The notes under the pieces were generated by a model. That model did no database searches, was not told where the DNA came from, and saw only the letters and a list, made by a program, of their open reading frames with translations. From positions 75,612 to 139,611 of the forward strand of contig NIVC01000304.1 of the NCBI GenBank assembly GCA_002269645.1: a stretch of 64,000 bases of DNA, in the 5' to 3' direction. Below are positions 45,868-57,904 of this stretch, piece after piece; position 1 is the first letter of the stretch; the number at the start of each line of letters is the position of its first letter. The position numbers were made by a program, and so were the translations under genes. This stretch comes from Macrostomum lignano (Eukaryota).

Positions 45868-48800
45868 TCAAAGCTCCGTAACTTCGTAGTGCCGTTGAAC
45901 TTGTTCCCGATGCAGCTCGCGCAGCTCTATCTGTTCCTCAGTTTCTACAGTTGGCAGCTGTCTGTACTGCAGTGGCTGCCGCGCCAGATGCTGCTGCTGG
46001 TTATGCTGCTGATTCGCGCGAGTCGGCGACTTCGTAGCGTTGATTGTCTCCTCGTTCGAGTCTCTCTGGCCGCCAGCCTGGGCCGGGGCGCGTCGGCAGA
46101 GCAGCTGCTTGGCCACCTGCAGGAAGGTCGGGTTGGACACCAGGTAGATGAAGATGTTCATAGACGAGTCCAGGGTGATCAGCATGTTGGACCACTTCGA
46201 CAGAGTCACTTCGGTGGACTTTGACAGGGCCTTGAAAGCGAATAGCAGTTTGGAGAAGAAGGCGGGCATCTCCAGCACAAAGAAGGTCAATGCTAGCATG
46301 ATGATCAGCTTGTCAGTGCCGGACTTGCGCCGAAGGTTGTGCGACTCGCGGAACCTCTGCCGGGCCCACAGGACCTGGGGTGAAGGATAGCGAAGATATT
46401 ATAGAATGTGTTTACATAGAAATACGCACGCTTCACTGGCACGGCGCACCCCACAGTGACTATAGCCTGGCCATCAAAATTGAGATGGGAGCTGCTCCCT
46501 TTAAAATATCGCTAGAAAAAGTTCTTCAATCACGCGGACTACGTGATCCCTCCTGGGATCCTCCAAGATGGAAATCCTTGGCTGCGCCACTGGGACAAGA
46601 AGGCTATTATTACTCGTACATCTTGTACAGTGCTGAGACTGTGGAAGGTGGCAACGCCATGTTGGAATTCGGATTTTGTAGTCACAGTCTATTAATAGAT
46701 TTTTGATAGATTAATTAATTTGCCACTACGTGACTTTATTAGAAGTTTGCAGTAGTTAATGTGCAATAGTGCATTGATTTCTAGGCAAATGTGTTTATAA
46801 ATACGTTCGTTTAGCATTTTGCAGTCAGTTTGAACCCAGGAGCAGTTGACTTAATCCATCCAGACAGAAGAATTTCAATGAGTCAAACGACTGACTGTTT
46901 AATCCCGAATCTCTCGCACGCCCAGTAGAGTCAGGTTGTGAAACAGCCGAGATGAAAATGAAGTTCAGATGAAAATTCAAGACAGGAGCGGAGTTTTACC
47001 CGAAAAAATATCAGCTAGAGGGTCTCGGACAGCCGGACGGCCGAACGGTCAGCTCTCTCCACTGGCGACAAACATTTTTCTAAGCCGGGTCATGCAGTAG
47101 TCAATGCTAACTAGATTAACTGAATCTCCCCTTGAGTTAGGCTTTCCCGACCCCTCACCTTTCGGTGTGAATATTGCTGCTGGGGACTCAGGTCCAGTAT
47201 CACGCGGCTCGCATGGAATTCCCATCTCCGTTTGTTTTTTATGGAAACATCTGGAGCTGTCAGCATGTCTATACAAATCCTGTGAATCTAGACAAATCCT
47301 GCCGAATCTAGACAAATCCTGCCGAATCTAGACAAATCCTGTGAATCTAGACAAATCCTGCCGAATCTAGACAAATCCTGCCGAATCTAGACAAATCCTG
47401 TGAATCTAGACAAATCCTGCCGAATCTAGACAAATCCTGCCGAATCTAGACAAATCCTGCCGAATCTAGACAAATCCTGCCGAATCTAGACAAATCCTGC
47501 AGAATCTAGACAAATCCTGACGAATCTATACAAATCCTGACGAATCTAGACAAATCCTGCAGAATCTAGACAAATCCTGCAGAATCTAGACAAATCCTGC
47601 CGAATCTAGACAAATCCTGCCAAATCTAGACAAATCCTGACGAATCTAGACAAATCCTGCAGAATCTAGACAAATCCTGACGAATCTAGACAAATCCTGC
47701 CGAATCTAGACAAATCCTGCCGAATCTAGACAAATCCTGCCGAATCTAGACAAATCCTGCCGAATCTAGACAAATCCTGCCGAATCTAGACAAATCCTGA
47801 CGAATCTAGACAAATCCTGCAGAATCTAGACAAATCCTCCCGAATCTAGACAAATCCTGACGAATCTAAACAGATGATGCCGAATCTAGACAAATCCTGA
47901 CGAATCTAGACAAATCCTGCAGAATCTAGACAAATCCTGCAGAATCTAGACAAATCCTGCCGAATCTAGACAAATCCTGCCGAATCTAGACAAATCCTGC
48001 AGAATCTAGACAAATCCTGCCGAATCTAGACAAATCCTGTCGAATCTAGACAAATCCTGCCGAATCTAGACAAATCCTGCCGAATCTAGACAAATCCTGC
48101 CGAATCTAGACAAATCCTGACGAATCTAGACAAATCCTGACGAATCTAGACAAATCCTGTCGAATCTAGACAAATCCTGCCGAATCTAGACAAATCCTGC
48201 CGAATCTAGACAAACCCTGCCGAATCTAGACAAATCCTGCCGAATCTAGATAAATCCTGCCGAATCTAGACAAATCCTGCCGAATCTAGACAAATCCTGC
48301 CGAATCTAGACAAATCCTCCCGAATCTAGACAAATCCTGACGAATCTAAACAGATGATGCCGAATCTAGACAAATCCTGACGAATCTAAACAGATGATGC
48401 CGAATCTAGACAAATCCTGACGAATCTAGACAAATCCTGCAGAATCTAGACAAATCCTGCCGAATCTAGACAAATCCTGCAGAATCTAGACAAATCCTGA
48501 CGAATCTAGACAAATCCTGCAGAATCCAGACAAATCCTGCCGAATCTAGACAAATCCTGCAGAATCTAGACAAATCCTGCCGAATCTAGACAAATCCTGC
48601 CGAATCTAGACAAATCCTGCCGAATCTAGACAAATCCTGCCGAATCTAGACAAATCCTGTCGAATCTAGACAAATCCTGCCGAATCTAGACAAATCCTGC
48701 CGAATCTAGACAAATCCTGCCGAATCTAGACAAATCCTGACGAATCTAGACAAATCCTGACGAATCTAGACAAATCCTGACGAATCTAGACAAATCCTGA

Positions 48801-51800
48801 CGAATCTAGACAAATCCTGCAGAATCTAGACAAATCCTGACGAATCTAGACAAATCCTGTCGAATCTAGACAAATCCTGCCGAATCTAGACAAATCCTGC
48901 CGAATCTAGACAAACCCTGCCGAATCTAGACAAATCCTGCCGAATCTAGATAAATCCTGCCGAATCTAGACAAATCCTGCCGAATCTAGACAAATCCTGC
49001 CGAATCTAGACAAATCCTCCCGAATCTAGACAAATCCTGACGAATCTAAACAGATGATGCCGAATCTAGACAAATCCTGACGAATCTAAACAGATGATGC
49101 CGAATCTAGACAAATCCTGACGAATCTAGACAAATCCTGCAGAATCTAGACAAATCCTGCCGAATCTAGACAAATCCTGCAGAATCTAGACAAAATCCTG
49201 ACGAATCTAGACAAATCCTGCAGAATCCAGACAAATCCTGCCGAATCTAGACAAATCCTGCAGAATCTAGACAAATCCTGCCGAATCTAGACAAATCCTG
49301 CCGAATCTAGACAAATCCTGCCGAATCTAGACAAATCCTGCCGAATCTAGACAAATCCTGTCGAATCTAGACAAATCCTGCCGAATCTAGACAAATCCTG
49401 CCGAATCTAGACAAATCCTGCCGAATCTAGACAAATCCTGACGAATCTAGACAAATCCTGACGAATCTAGACAAATCCTGACGAATCTAGACAAATCCTG
49501 ACGAATCTAGACAAATCCTGCAGAATCTAGACAAATCCTGACGAATCTAGACAAATCCTGACGAATCTAGACAAATCCTGCAGAATCTAGACAAATCCTG
49601 CCGAATCTAGACAAATCCTGACGAATCTAGATAAATCCTGCAGAATCTAGACAAATCCTGCCGAATCTAGACAAATCCTGACGAATCTAGACAAATCCTG
49701 CCGAATCTAGACAAATCCTGCCGAATCTAGACAAATCCTGCCGAATCTAGACAAATCCTGCAGAATCTAGACAAATCCTGCAGAATCTAGACAAATCCTG
49801 CCGAATCTAGACAAATCCTGCCGAATCTAGACAAATCCTGCCGAATCTAGATAAATCCTGCCGAATCTAGACAAATCCTGTCGAATCTAGACAAATCCTG
49901 CCGAATCTAGATAAATCCTGTCGAATCTAGACAAATCCTGCCGAATCTAGACAAACCCTGCCGAATCTATACAAATCCTGCAGAATCTAGACAAATCCTG
50001 TCGAATCTAGACAAATCCTGCCGAATCTAGACAAATCCTGCCGAATCTAGACAAACCCTGCCGAATCTAGACAAATCCTGCCGAATCTAGATAAATCCTG
50101 CCGAATCTAGACAAATCCTGCCGAATCTAGACAAACCCTGCCGAATCTAGATAAATCATGCCGAATCTAGACAAATCCAAACCATTATAAACAAATCCTG
50201 CAGAATCTAGACAAATCCAAACAAATCCAAGCTGACATTATTTTCTGCTTTGAAGCTGGCTCAACAGTTTTTACTTTTACCCCGACTGCTTGCACGGAAG
50301 AAGCGAATGCGCGCAATTAGAAGCAATTTCAGAAATTATCCTCCCCCTTAGATTCCCGAAAATTTCTTTAAAGCCAGTACATTTTTATTCGGCATCCAAT
50401 TGTGCTCAAAACAATTTCTACTTCAAAGGCAAAATCTGCTTTGCCAATTTCTATAAAGCTGAAAAGCAATTTTCCTGGGTAAATAATAATGCGGACCGCC
50501 AATTATCGCACCTGGGAAACAATTTCATCCAAAAGATTACAAATGCAGTAAATTATCTTGTCTATCTTGTCTATTTAGAGGAGAGAAGAGAAGAAGAGAA
50601 GATAGGAGAGGAGAGGAGAGGAGAGGAGAGGAGAGGAGAGGAGAGGAGAGGAGAGGAGAGGAGAGGGGAGGAGAGGAGAGGAGAGGAGAGGAGAGGGGAG
50701 GAGAGGGGAGGAGAGGAGAGGAGAGGATAGGATAGGAGAGAAGGGGAGAGGAGAGGAGAGGAGAGGAGAGGAGAGGAGAGGAGAGGAGAGGAGAGGAGAG
50801 GAGAGGAGAGGAGAGGAGAGGAGAGGGGAGGAGAGGAGAGGAGAGGAGAGGAGAGGAGAGGAGAGGAGAGGAGAGGAGAGGAGAGGAAAGAGAGGAGATT
50901 ATTAGAGAGAAGAGAGCTGAGAAGAGACACAAACCTTGAGCGGGCCGGATTGCTATTGAGATGTTTTAAAGACGCGGATGTGTCGCGGGCCGGATGAGCT
51001 TGCCGACCCCTGATATACATGAAGATATAAAATCCAGTTCTCCCCCAAAAGAACTGCATCTTCACCTTGAGTACGTGGGCGCTGCACACCAGGACAACGA
51101 TGGCCGGTCCGCCGGACTGCAGCAGGAACAGGCAGCCGGACAGGTAGAGGATCCTGTAGTACTGGTTAGAGTACACTGGAATGTAGGGCACAGTGGAGCC
51201 CAGAGCGAAGTGGCCAGCCGGCTCCAGCGCGCAGACGGTCTCGTAAGCCTCGAACAGGCGCGGCAGCATCGCCAGGGCGCAGAGCAGCGCCGCGCCGACC
51301 AGCACCCGGGCGCAGGTCTGCTGGCGGAACAGCCGCGCGGTGGAGGTGGACCGGCAGACGGCCTCGTAGCGATAATAGCTGAGGCCGGCCAGAGTCCAGT
51401 TGCGGGCCAGCTGAAAAGTGGCCGAAGTCTGCCTGGCCAGCACGGCCAGACCGGCCAGGCCGACCGCCAGGCTGCGGCTGGGCAGCGGCGGCAGGCAGCA
51501 GGCGCGCAGCAGGCTGATGGTGAGAAATCCCGACTGTCCGAGCTGGAAGGCGGTCTCGAAGATGGACAGACCGGTCAGCAGCACGCTGGTGATGGACCGA
51601 TTGAAGGCCTTGTTGATGAAGATGGCAAAAGACAGTCCGTTGGCAAGGGTGTTGAACAGGCACAGCGCAATGCTGGCAATGTCCAGCAGGTTGTCTTCTT
51701 CGGCGAGGGCGGCGGCGCCTCTGGAGGCATTGTAGAGGTGCAGCGGGTCGCAAGCGGTGTTCGGCAGTGCGGGCAGGACTCGGACCAGGCCGAACTCGGA

Positions 51801-51833
51801 CTCGGATGCAGCGGTTTGGTTGGCGGCTGACAT
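45868..51833 (-). CDS. Rhodopsin-family GPCR, peptide (FMRFamide-receptor-like) type; 2 exons, 424 aa
   Basis: Exons 51833-51066 and 46374-45868 (phase 0, 1275 nt). Seven hydrophobic segments: LCLFNTLANGLSF, LLTGLSIFET, RNWTLAGLSYYRYEAVCR, LLCALAMLPRLFE, FLLQSGGPAIVVLVCS, LALTFFVLEMP, DSSMNIFIY. N-terminal NQT/NAS sequons. The donor GTGAAG is weak but frame-consistent. Confidence 0.85.
47268..50220. repeat. 20-bp satellite array (~145 copies) in the GPCR intron
   Basis: GAATCTAGACAAATCCTG(CC/CA/AC/TC). Rare AAACAGATGATGC variants at ~47868, 48348, 48388, 49048 and 49088. Confidence 0.98.
50577..51012 (+). mobile_element. 3' part of the same hAT MITE family with an expanded (GAGAG)n tract
   Basis: GAGAGCTGAGAAGAGACACAAACCTTGAGCGGGCCGGATTGCT...TTGCCGACCCCTG|ATATACAT. 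The 5' end was not found. Confidence 0.7.
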
Positions 51834-52809
51834 GCTGGATGGATGGAAGGAACACTCAAGTGCAGCTGCATGTGAGCCTCTTGTTTCTGCCACTACCTTT
51901 TTACTAATCCTCCTTAAAAGTAATTTCTTTTCTCTAGCCCTATCAGATGGAGAGGAACCCGAGGCCAAGGGGCGGCGAAGCAATTTCCGCCCGGATTGGC
52001 TGTGGCGGCTCCATCCGTGCACTGTCCAGCTTCCCTCAATTGCAGCGAGAGATCGAAAGAAAAACAGTTTTTTTGCGTCCTTTCGCCCTTGCATTTCCCT
52101 TTATTGCATGCGCGATGCACGGACTTGATGGCCGAGAGCTCCGTGATTGTAAAGTCGAGGCTGGAAGTAGAGAAAAGCATATAATAGTGTTGTGTCAGGC
52201 ACACTTATAGTACTTTTTACACTATCTGATCGGCAGATTGCCGCAGGATTGAAGGGAGCCCTCATGCAGCTTTGCAGTTTGTCGCCAGCTCACTACTAGC
52301 GCTGCTGCACCGACTGTCTGCTTTAGCAACAACAGCTGTTTTCTTCACTCCCCGAACCCAGACTTATCCCACATCTCTGTTTGGGGAATCGATAAGAGGT
52401 CACGCGCGCCAGTCTAAGAACAGCAGGCAGTTTTTAGCGCCAGGTTCCCGGCTGGTTCGCGATAAAACTTGTCTAAATCGAGTTCGAGCTACACACACAC
52501 ACCTATGCAGGTGCGCCTCTCAGCAACTGCAAACTATTTACACTCAAGGTACGGTAATGCTGTCAGCTTGGCTGATTCTTCTGTCAGCACAGATTTTTGG
52601 AATGTGTTTATTACGAACGACTGCTTAAAGATTTTTTTTTCAGCCTCACCGCAGTCTGTGCCCGAAAATGATATGTGACCTTCACTTGTTACGAAGGGTC
52701 AAACAATTGACAAGTGAACTGAAATGAACGTTCCTTGTGTAGATCTGGCTTTGCTTATTCGAGCTGAACAAACTGCTAGCTCTAGATGGCCATTTAATTA
52801 GAGCCTAGG

Positions 52810-55800
52810 CACACTGCTCTAGAAGGGCACCGAGGGTGAAAAAAATGTACAGAAGAAAATTTTTGCATTTTTGCACTCAGTGGACTGGCCCTTATACCTG
52901 GGTGTAATATAAAAAAAATCTGCCAATTTGTTTCCAGAAAATTGGCCTTTTCTGATTTTTCTGCAACAGTCTGCTTTTAGTTGTCAAAAATCTGGAAATT
53001 AAAAATGTTGTGCTCAATTTCTTGACTTTTTGGATATGTGGCATTGATCAAAATGTCACTACACAGTAATGACCTCTTTGATGACTGCTATAAGCTGCCA
53101 GGATGTTTCAGCCATAGACAATTTAATAAATTCCATACCTGATGATATTTTCATTATGTACGCTCATAATTCACAAGAAATTAGGAAAATGCGCAAATAT
53201 TAGCCTTATTGCTTTCAAAAAGTTGGCTCTGCCATTTTGCGAAAATTCCGCATTTACATGTATTTCAAACAAAGCTATAAATAAAAAAAGTAGGTATATT
53301 ATCATTATTAATTTGCAAATACTTTTGCTTAAACTGAATGCAAAAAATAAAGGAAGCATTTTAAAGAAATAGTATTAGATGATTTAACAGAATTAGAAGG
53401 TAAAGTTAGTATAGGTGAATTGAAAGAATATAAAAGCATTGTCATTTTTTCATTGCATGTGGCTACCAAGGTGACGCAAGAATTCATCACATATGTCTCG
53501 AGTTGTATATGATAGTGCATCGCAGCAGCCGTTGTGGATACTCTGGATGCGTTAAAGCTGTCCGAAAGCCTCTTGTCCACAGCTGGCCAAAGTCACTATG
53601 GACGGACTCACTCGCCTGTTCGGACCAAAAGCCAAGGCCGCGATATCGAGGCTGCTTCCCATTCTCCATGTGACGGTTTTGGTGCTCAATTTCTGCCTGA
53701 AGAAACTCTGGAACATGTGCTAGTAGCGCATGTACCTTTGGACTAATGTTGATGTCCAAGCTCATATAAGCGCTGGAAAATTCCGAAATGGCTTGCTCAA
53801 ATCCAGGCAGCAGCTCATTGCCAAAGCACAGTCGCTTTACATTGCTGAAGCAGCGCATAGAATGGAGAACTGGCATCGAACTGAAAGCACAATGGTCGGT
53901 CAGGATCTGCTCAAGGATATCGACTCCTTCAAGTATCTTGCTGCATTCATTACCATTGAATGTTCCACCATGCTGCTTTGAACGGCAGATGTTCAGCTGT
54001 CTTGTCCAGGCTGCTGCAGTCACTACGCCACCAGTGTCTGTCGTCAAGCGTGAATCAAGCTCATCATACAGCCTATTAACGATTCCTAACATTAGATGGA
54101 GCTCCATTGGTGGGATCAGCTGTAGAACAGGAACGCTGTCATCTGCATCCAATAGAGGTTGGTGAACACAGTTTTTGAAGCATGCAGCAGAAATGCTTTG
54201 ACGTCTGCTTTTTTGATCATTTGCCTGCTGGAACTCTGTTGCTAATTGTCGAATCCGACCAAGTGTGCGCGAGTTTGCTCCCGAGTTTTGCTGCACGAAC
54301 TTTGACTTGGGCTGCTCGCACCATGGGCAGGGATGCGTGCTGCTACAGGCCTGTAGCCCTAGGATCAAATTCGCCAACTTCATGTCTACGGCACAGATAA
54401 ATGTTACAGCTTCAAGTCGCAAAAGTGCAAGAACTTTCTTCAGGTTGTAATAGCTTTCGCAAACATTTTCAACTATGGCTAGCAAGATGAGCTTCTTAAC
54501 TCCGCTGGCTTGTGGCTCAGAAGATGCTGCACGTTTCTCTACCTGTGCTTCTGGAAGAGAAACATCAATGATGTTTGCGCAGACTTTTAAAAAACCTCCG
54601 CCTCCATCGATTCCGATCTTTACTACAGACTCAGCGGGATTGATCTGGCGGTTCTCCATTATTCGAGACAGCAGCAGACCAACATCTGGGCAGTACGCAA
54701 CGGTGCGCAGCTCTTGTTGGTCTCCCTTAATTTGCAGCGGAAGCTGTGCAACTTCGAAAAACTCTTGAAGAATGATGTCAATCTCTCGAAGTTTTTGCTC
54801 AAGATTTGGCTCAAATGCATTGCGCCCTTGCCATTCGCGTATCTTCTGCGCTGCCTGCTTAGTTTGCCGCTGGCTTAGCCTTAGATCCCGCTGAAATTGG
54901 CTGAACTGCTCTGCAGAAATGGTATCCGCTTCCCTACTATTCAAAGATTGACGTTTCTGCTGCCCAAAACTTACTGTTAAAGATCTTCCACGAGTTGCCA
55001 GCTGGACATTCCTGCTTTCAAAGGGTCCGCTAGAAGCTTCAACCGTCTTCAGTATGTCTGAAGCCTGGATCTCAGCCCCACGCTTGTCCATTAAGAGCTG
55101 CTCAGACAGATTGGCACGCCTTTGTGTAATCGTGCAAGCGTGGCTCTTTCCTCTGCTAATTTTAGAATGGCAGCGTCCGCAAATGGTGACCGGATTGGCA
55201 GACGGCAGTGGGTCCAAACTATCAATCGGCGGGCGCCCGATGGGATGCGGTCGATGCTTAGCCGTTCCTAATCCTTGACCAATAGGATTTTCGCGTGCAA
55301 TCACACAGATTTTGCACTCACATCGAGGACTTTGTCGCGTTAGTGGTGCTAGCAAGACTGACTTCATATTTAAAGCTGCTGGTAGACAATCTCGGGTCTT
55401 AATTCCAACGTCCACATCGTGCAATAAATGTCGGCACCTTGAGCAGATGGCAGTAGGTAGACGAGCATCTTCAAGATCAGCTTCAAACTGCAGCAGACGA
55501 CAGATGCGATCAGAGATTTTCTCAGTGATTGGAGAACATGAGCTACCTTTTTTGAAGCACAGTAGGCAAACTTTGAGCCTGTTTTCATCGTGAGACTTGT
55601 GGCTAGCCATTTTGGTGGGTTGATTTATCCATGAACCAAAAACGTATATATATATATATACACAATAATACTTACGCGACTCACCTGGAGTACACTTCAC
55701 TTGGCTACTCAACAAATTGAAATTCTGATGCAATAAATACACTAGCAGTAGGAAGAGTTGAAATAAGAAGTAGAAAATGTACATCTGTACGTGGATTATG

Positions 55801-56278
55801 GGTCCAATTGATTTTAATTTGTCTACGAGCGTATTCTGTTGTATCAGTCATTGTACTCAATCAGTCAAATAACAAATTTTCCTTTAAACTGATTGTATAC
55901 ATTGATCAAATTATGGTTATGACTCAGCTCCAAGCTATATATTGCCAAATGCATGCAAAATTATAATGTTCAGCATTTGTGACCCTCAAGCCAACTTTTA
56001 TATTGCGCAATTCCCCTAAATTCACGAATTTACATTTGAAAATATTATCACGTATCCAAAGAGTCAAGAAATTGAGCACAACATTTGTAATTTCCAGATT
56101 TTTGACAACTAAAAGCAGACTGTTGCAGAAAAAGCAGAAAAGGCCAATTTTCTGGAAACAAATTGGCAGATTTTTTTATATTACACCCAGGTATAAGGGC
56201 CAGTCCACTGAGTGCAAAAATGCAAAAATTTTCTTCTGTACATTTTTTTCACCCTCGGTGCCCTTCTAGAGCAGTGTG
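52810..56278 (-). mobile_element. Apparently intact autonomous Chapaev-type (CMC group, RAG1/Transib-related) DNA transposon, 3469 bp
   Basis: TIRs 52810-53040 and 56049-56278 (~230 bp, about 5 differences) starting CACACTGCTCTAG. TSD TAGG at 52806-52809 and 56279-56282. Single uninterrupted transposase ORF. Confidence 0.9.
53487..55610 (-). CDS. DDE transposase, Chapaev-like, 707 aa from the internal Met (MASHKSH)
   Basis: N-terminal H-x7-C-x2-C...D..LPxxICxxC...CxCxxC zinc module. Core: KIGIDGGGG (D1), CAVDMK (D2), HPCPWC (CxxC), PMELHLMLG, FNGNEC, PKVHALLAH (HxxxxH) and WSEQASESVH (E). The first 58 codons of the listed ORF are AT-rich and probably untranslated. Confidence 0.9.
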   Translation of the reverse strand: MASHKSHDENRLKVCLLCFKKGSSCSPITEKISDRICRLLQFEADLEDARLPTAICSRCRHLLHDVDVGIKTRDCLPAALNMKSVLLAPLTRQSPRCECKICVIARENPIGQGLGTAKHRPHPIGRPPIDSLDPLPSANPVTICGRCHSKISRGKSHACTITQRRANLSEQLLMDKRGAEIQASDILKTVEASSGPFESRNVQLATRGRSLTVSFGQQKRQSLNSREADTISAEQFSQFQRDLRLSQRQTKQAAQKIREWQGRNAFEPNLEQKLREIDIILQEFFEVAQLPLQIKGDQQELRTVAYCPDVGLLLSRIMENRQINPAESVVKIGIDGGGGFLKVCANIIDVSLPEAQVEKRAASSEPQASGVKKLILLAIVENVCESYYNLKKVLALLRLEAVTFICAVDMKLANLILGLQACSSTHPCPWCEQPKSKFVQQNSGANSRTLGRIRQLATEFQQANDQKSRRQSISAACFKNCVHQPLLDADDSVPVLQLIPPMELHLMLGIVNRLYDELDSRLTTDTGGVVTAAAWTRQLNICRSKQHGGTFNGNECSKILEGVDILEQILTDHCAFSSMPVLHSMRCFSNVKRLCFGNELLPGFEQAISEFSSAYMSLDINISPKVHALLAHVPEFLQAEIEHQNRHMENGKQPRYRGLGFWSEQASESVHSDFGQLWTRGFRTALTHPEYPQRLLRCTIIYNSRHM

Positions 56279-56360
56279 TAGGAAGTAGGCATGAACCGTC
56301 ATATCGGTAGTTTGAAATCAATCAAAAATTGTCTTCTGCATTCAACAGGGAGAGAGGCGG

Positions 56361-56386
56361 GAGAGAGAGAGAGAGAGAGAGAGAGA
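56361..56386. repeat. (GA)n microsatellite
   Basis: Directly visible. Confidence 0.9.
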
Positions 56387-57904
56387 GGCGCTTATGCCAC
56401 TGTGGTCAGAGAGTAGCAAGTCAAATTGATACATAAGGATGGTGCTGAGTGAAGCATCTATAGGGTGTTTAGTATCTGTGGACAACCTAGCCGGCCATAC
56501 AGTAGAGTGTAAAAGAGTTATAAAGCTCATATATTTATTATTATTGTGACATTTTAATCCTTACAGATACGAGTAGATATTAGACTACTCGTTATATAAC
56601 GAGTATTTTCTCGTTGGTATACCGCTTTCGTTTTTAAAAGCCGACAGGCCTATATTGGTGATCAACACGCATGCAGGAATCCTGTATACTAAATATGTAG
56701 CTAACTATACCCTCTCGTATGTGAATTCATCTGAATTCCACATGCTGCAGGCCATAGCTAGAATGTTGGGGGCATGCAATACTCCAATTATGGGTGCGGT
56801 GCAGGAATTTATTACATGCGTATGTACATCGTAATGGCAGAACAGCTGTTCGATACGGGCCATTTATTGCACTTTTGAATTCTTGGCCAAGCAAAAGTTT
56901 TGCACGCCGATATTCGTATTAAGTTATTATAACCATCCGTTATCAACGTAATACACAGCTGTGCCCACTCTGTCAACAACGTCATCTTCTTGGGGTTACC
57001 TGTGATCCAGGATACTATAGATGTACTTTGTCGGCTATAGTCTAACATGCATACGCTCGTACATCGTACGCGATGGAATCCAGATGGTTGATTAATGGCA
57101 TGTTGTAAAATCAAATAGACCCGTACATATACACTAAGCCAATTCAAACCATATGGACAACAGTTAGATAGACGAGGCTGTACTCGAAACTCGTTCGAAT
57201 TTCACTGGCGGCCATCTATTTCTCATCGAATACATTAGCGAGACAAAAGTCTTCAGTTTTCAGCACTAAACTGACAATATCTCACCATGTACATGTCTCA
57301 CCCTATACATATCTCCACCCTATGAATGTAGGTATCTTAGTCTATACATATTGTATCATCTTACCTTATACACAATCCTCTTACTCTACACATACACGAT
57401 TTGTCTGAAACTTAGCTTGCTTGCCGGTCTAGGGGAACATTTAATAATGGAAGTGCTTATCCCCACGGTCCCGTGCCGATAATTCCAATTTTATCCACAC
57501 GGATCAGTGTCAATAACTTCCAGCTTATCCCCGTGGCAGCTTATTGAAATAGCTGCAACCATTCAAGTCTATAAGCCGTGTCAATAATTCCAATTTTATC
57601 CACACGGATAGCTTGACTAAACCGAACACGCGTATCTACCTTGGACAAAATGCGTAACAGGTGCTAGTTAAATTTGAAATTCGAAGTCCAACATGTCTAT
57701 GCAGTGGCTTATACTTATACATGTATCTTTCGCTAAATAATACAAGAGCATGTACATGTACATGTACATATGACACGACAAAGTGTAGCCGGCGTCTCAA
57801 AAACTTTTTTGTGTCATAGCGCGTGTCATGATACATCAACTTGAATTCAGAGTCTGCCGATTTCTGTGGGTTGGAGAGGCTCAGCATGCTAGGGTAGAGA
57901 GAGA

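Noticed and set aside
50571-52094. 507-aa ORF as the full GPCR
   Set aside because: The C-terminal part is intron plus (CTCTC)n, and the first 87 codons are probably 5' UTR; TM6-7 are in the 46374-45868 exon.
52810-56278. Classification as ProtoRAG or Transib
   Set aside because: The TSD is 4 bp rather than 5, the TIRs are symmetric, and there is no RAG2-like second ORF.
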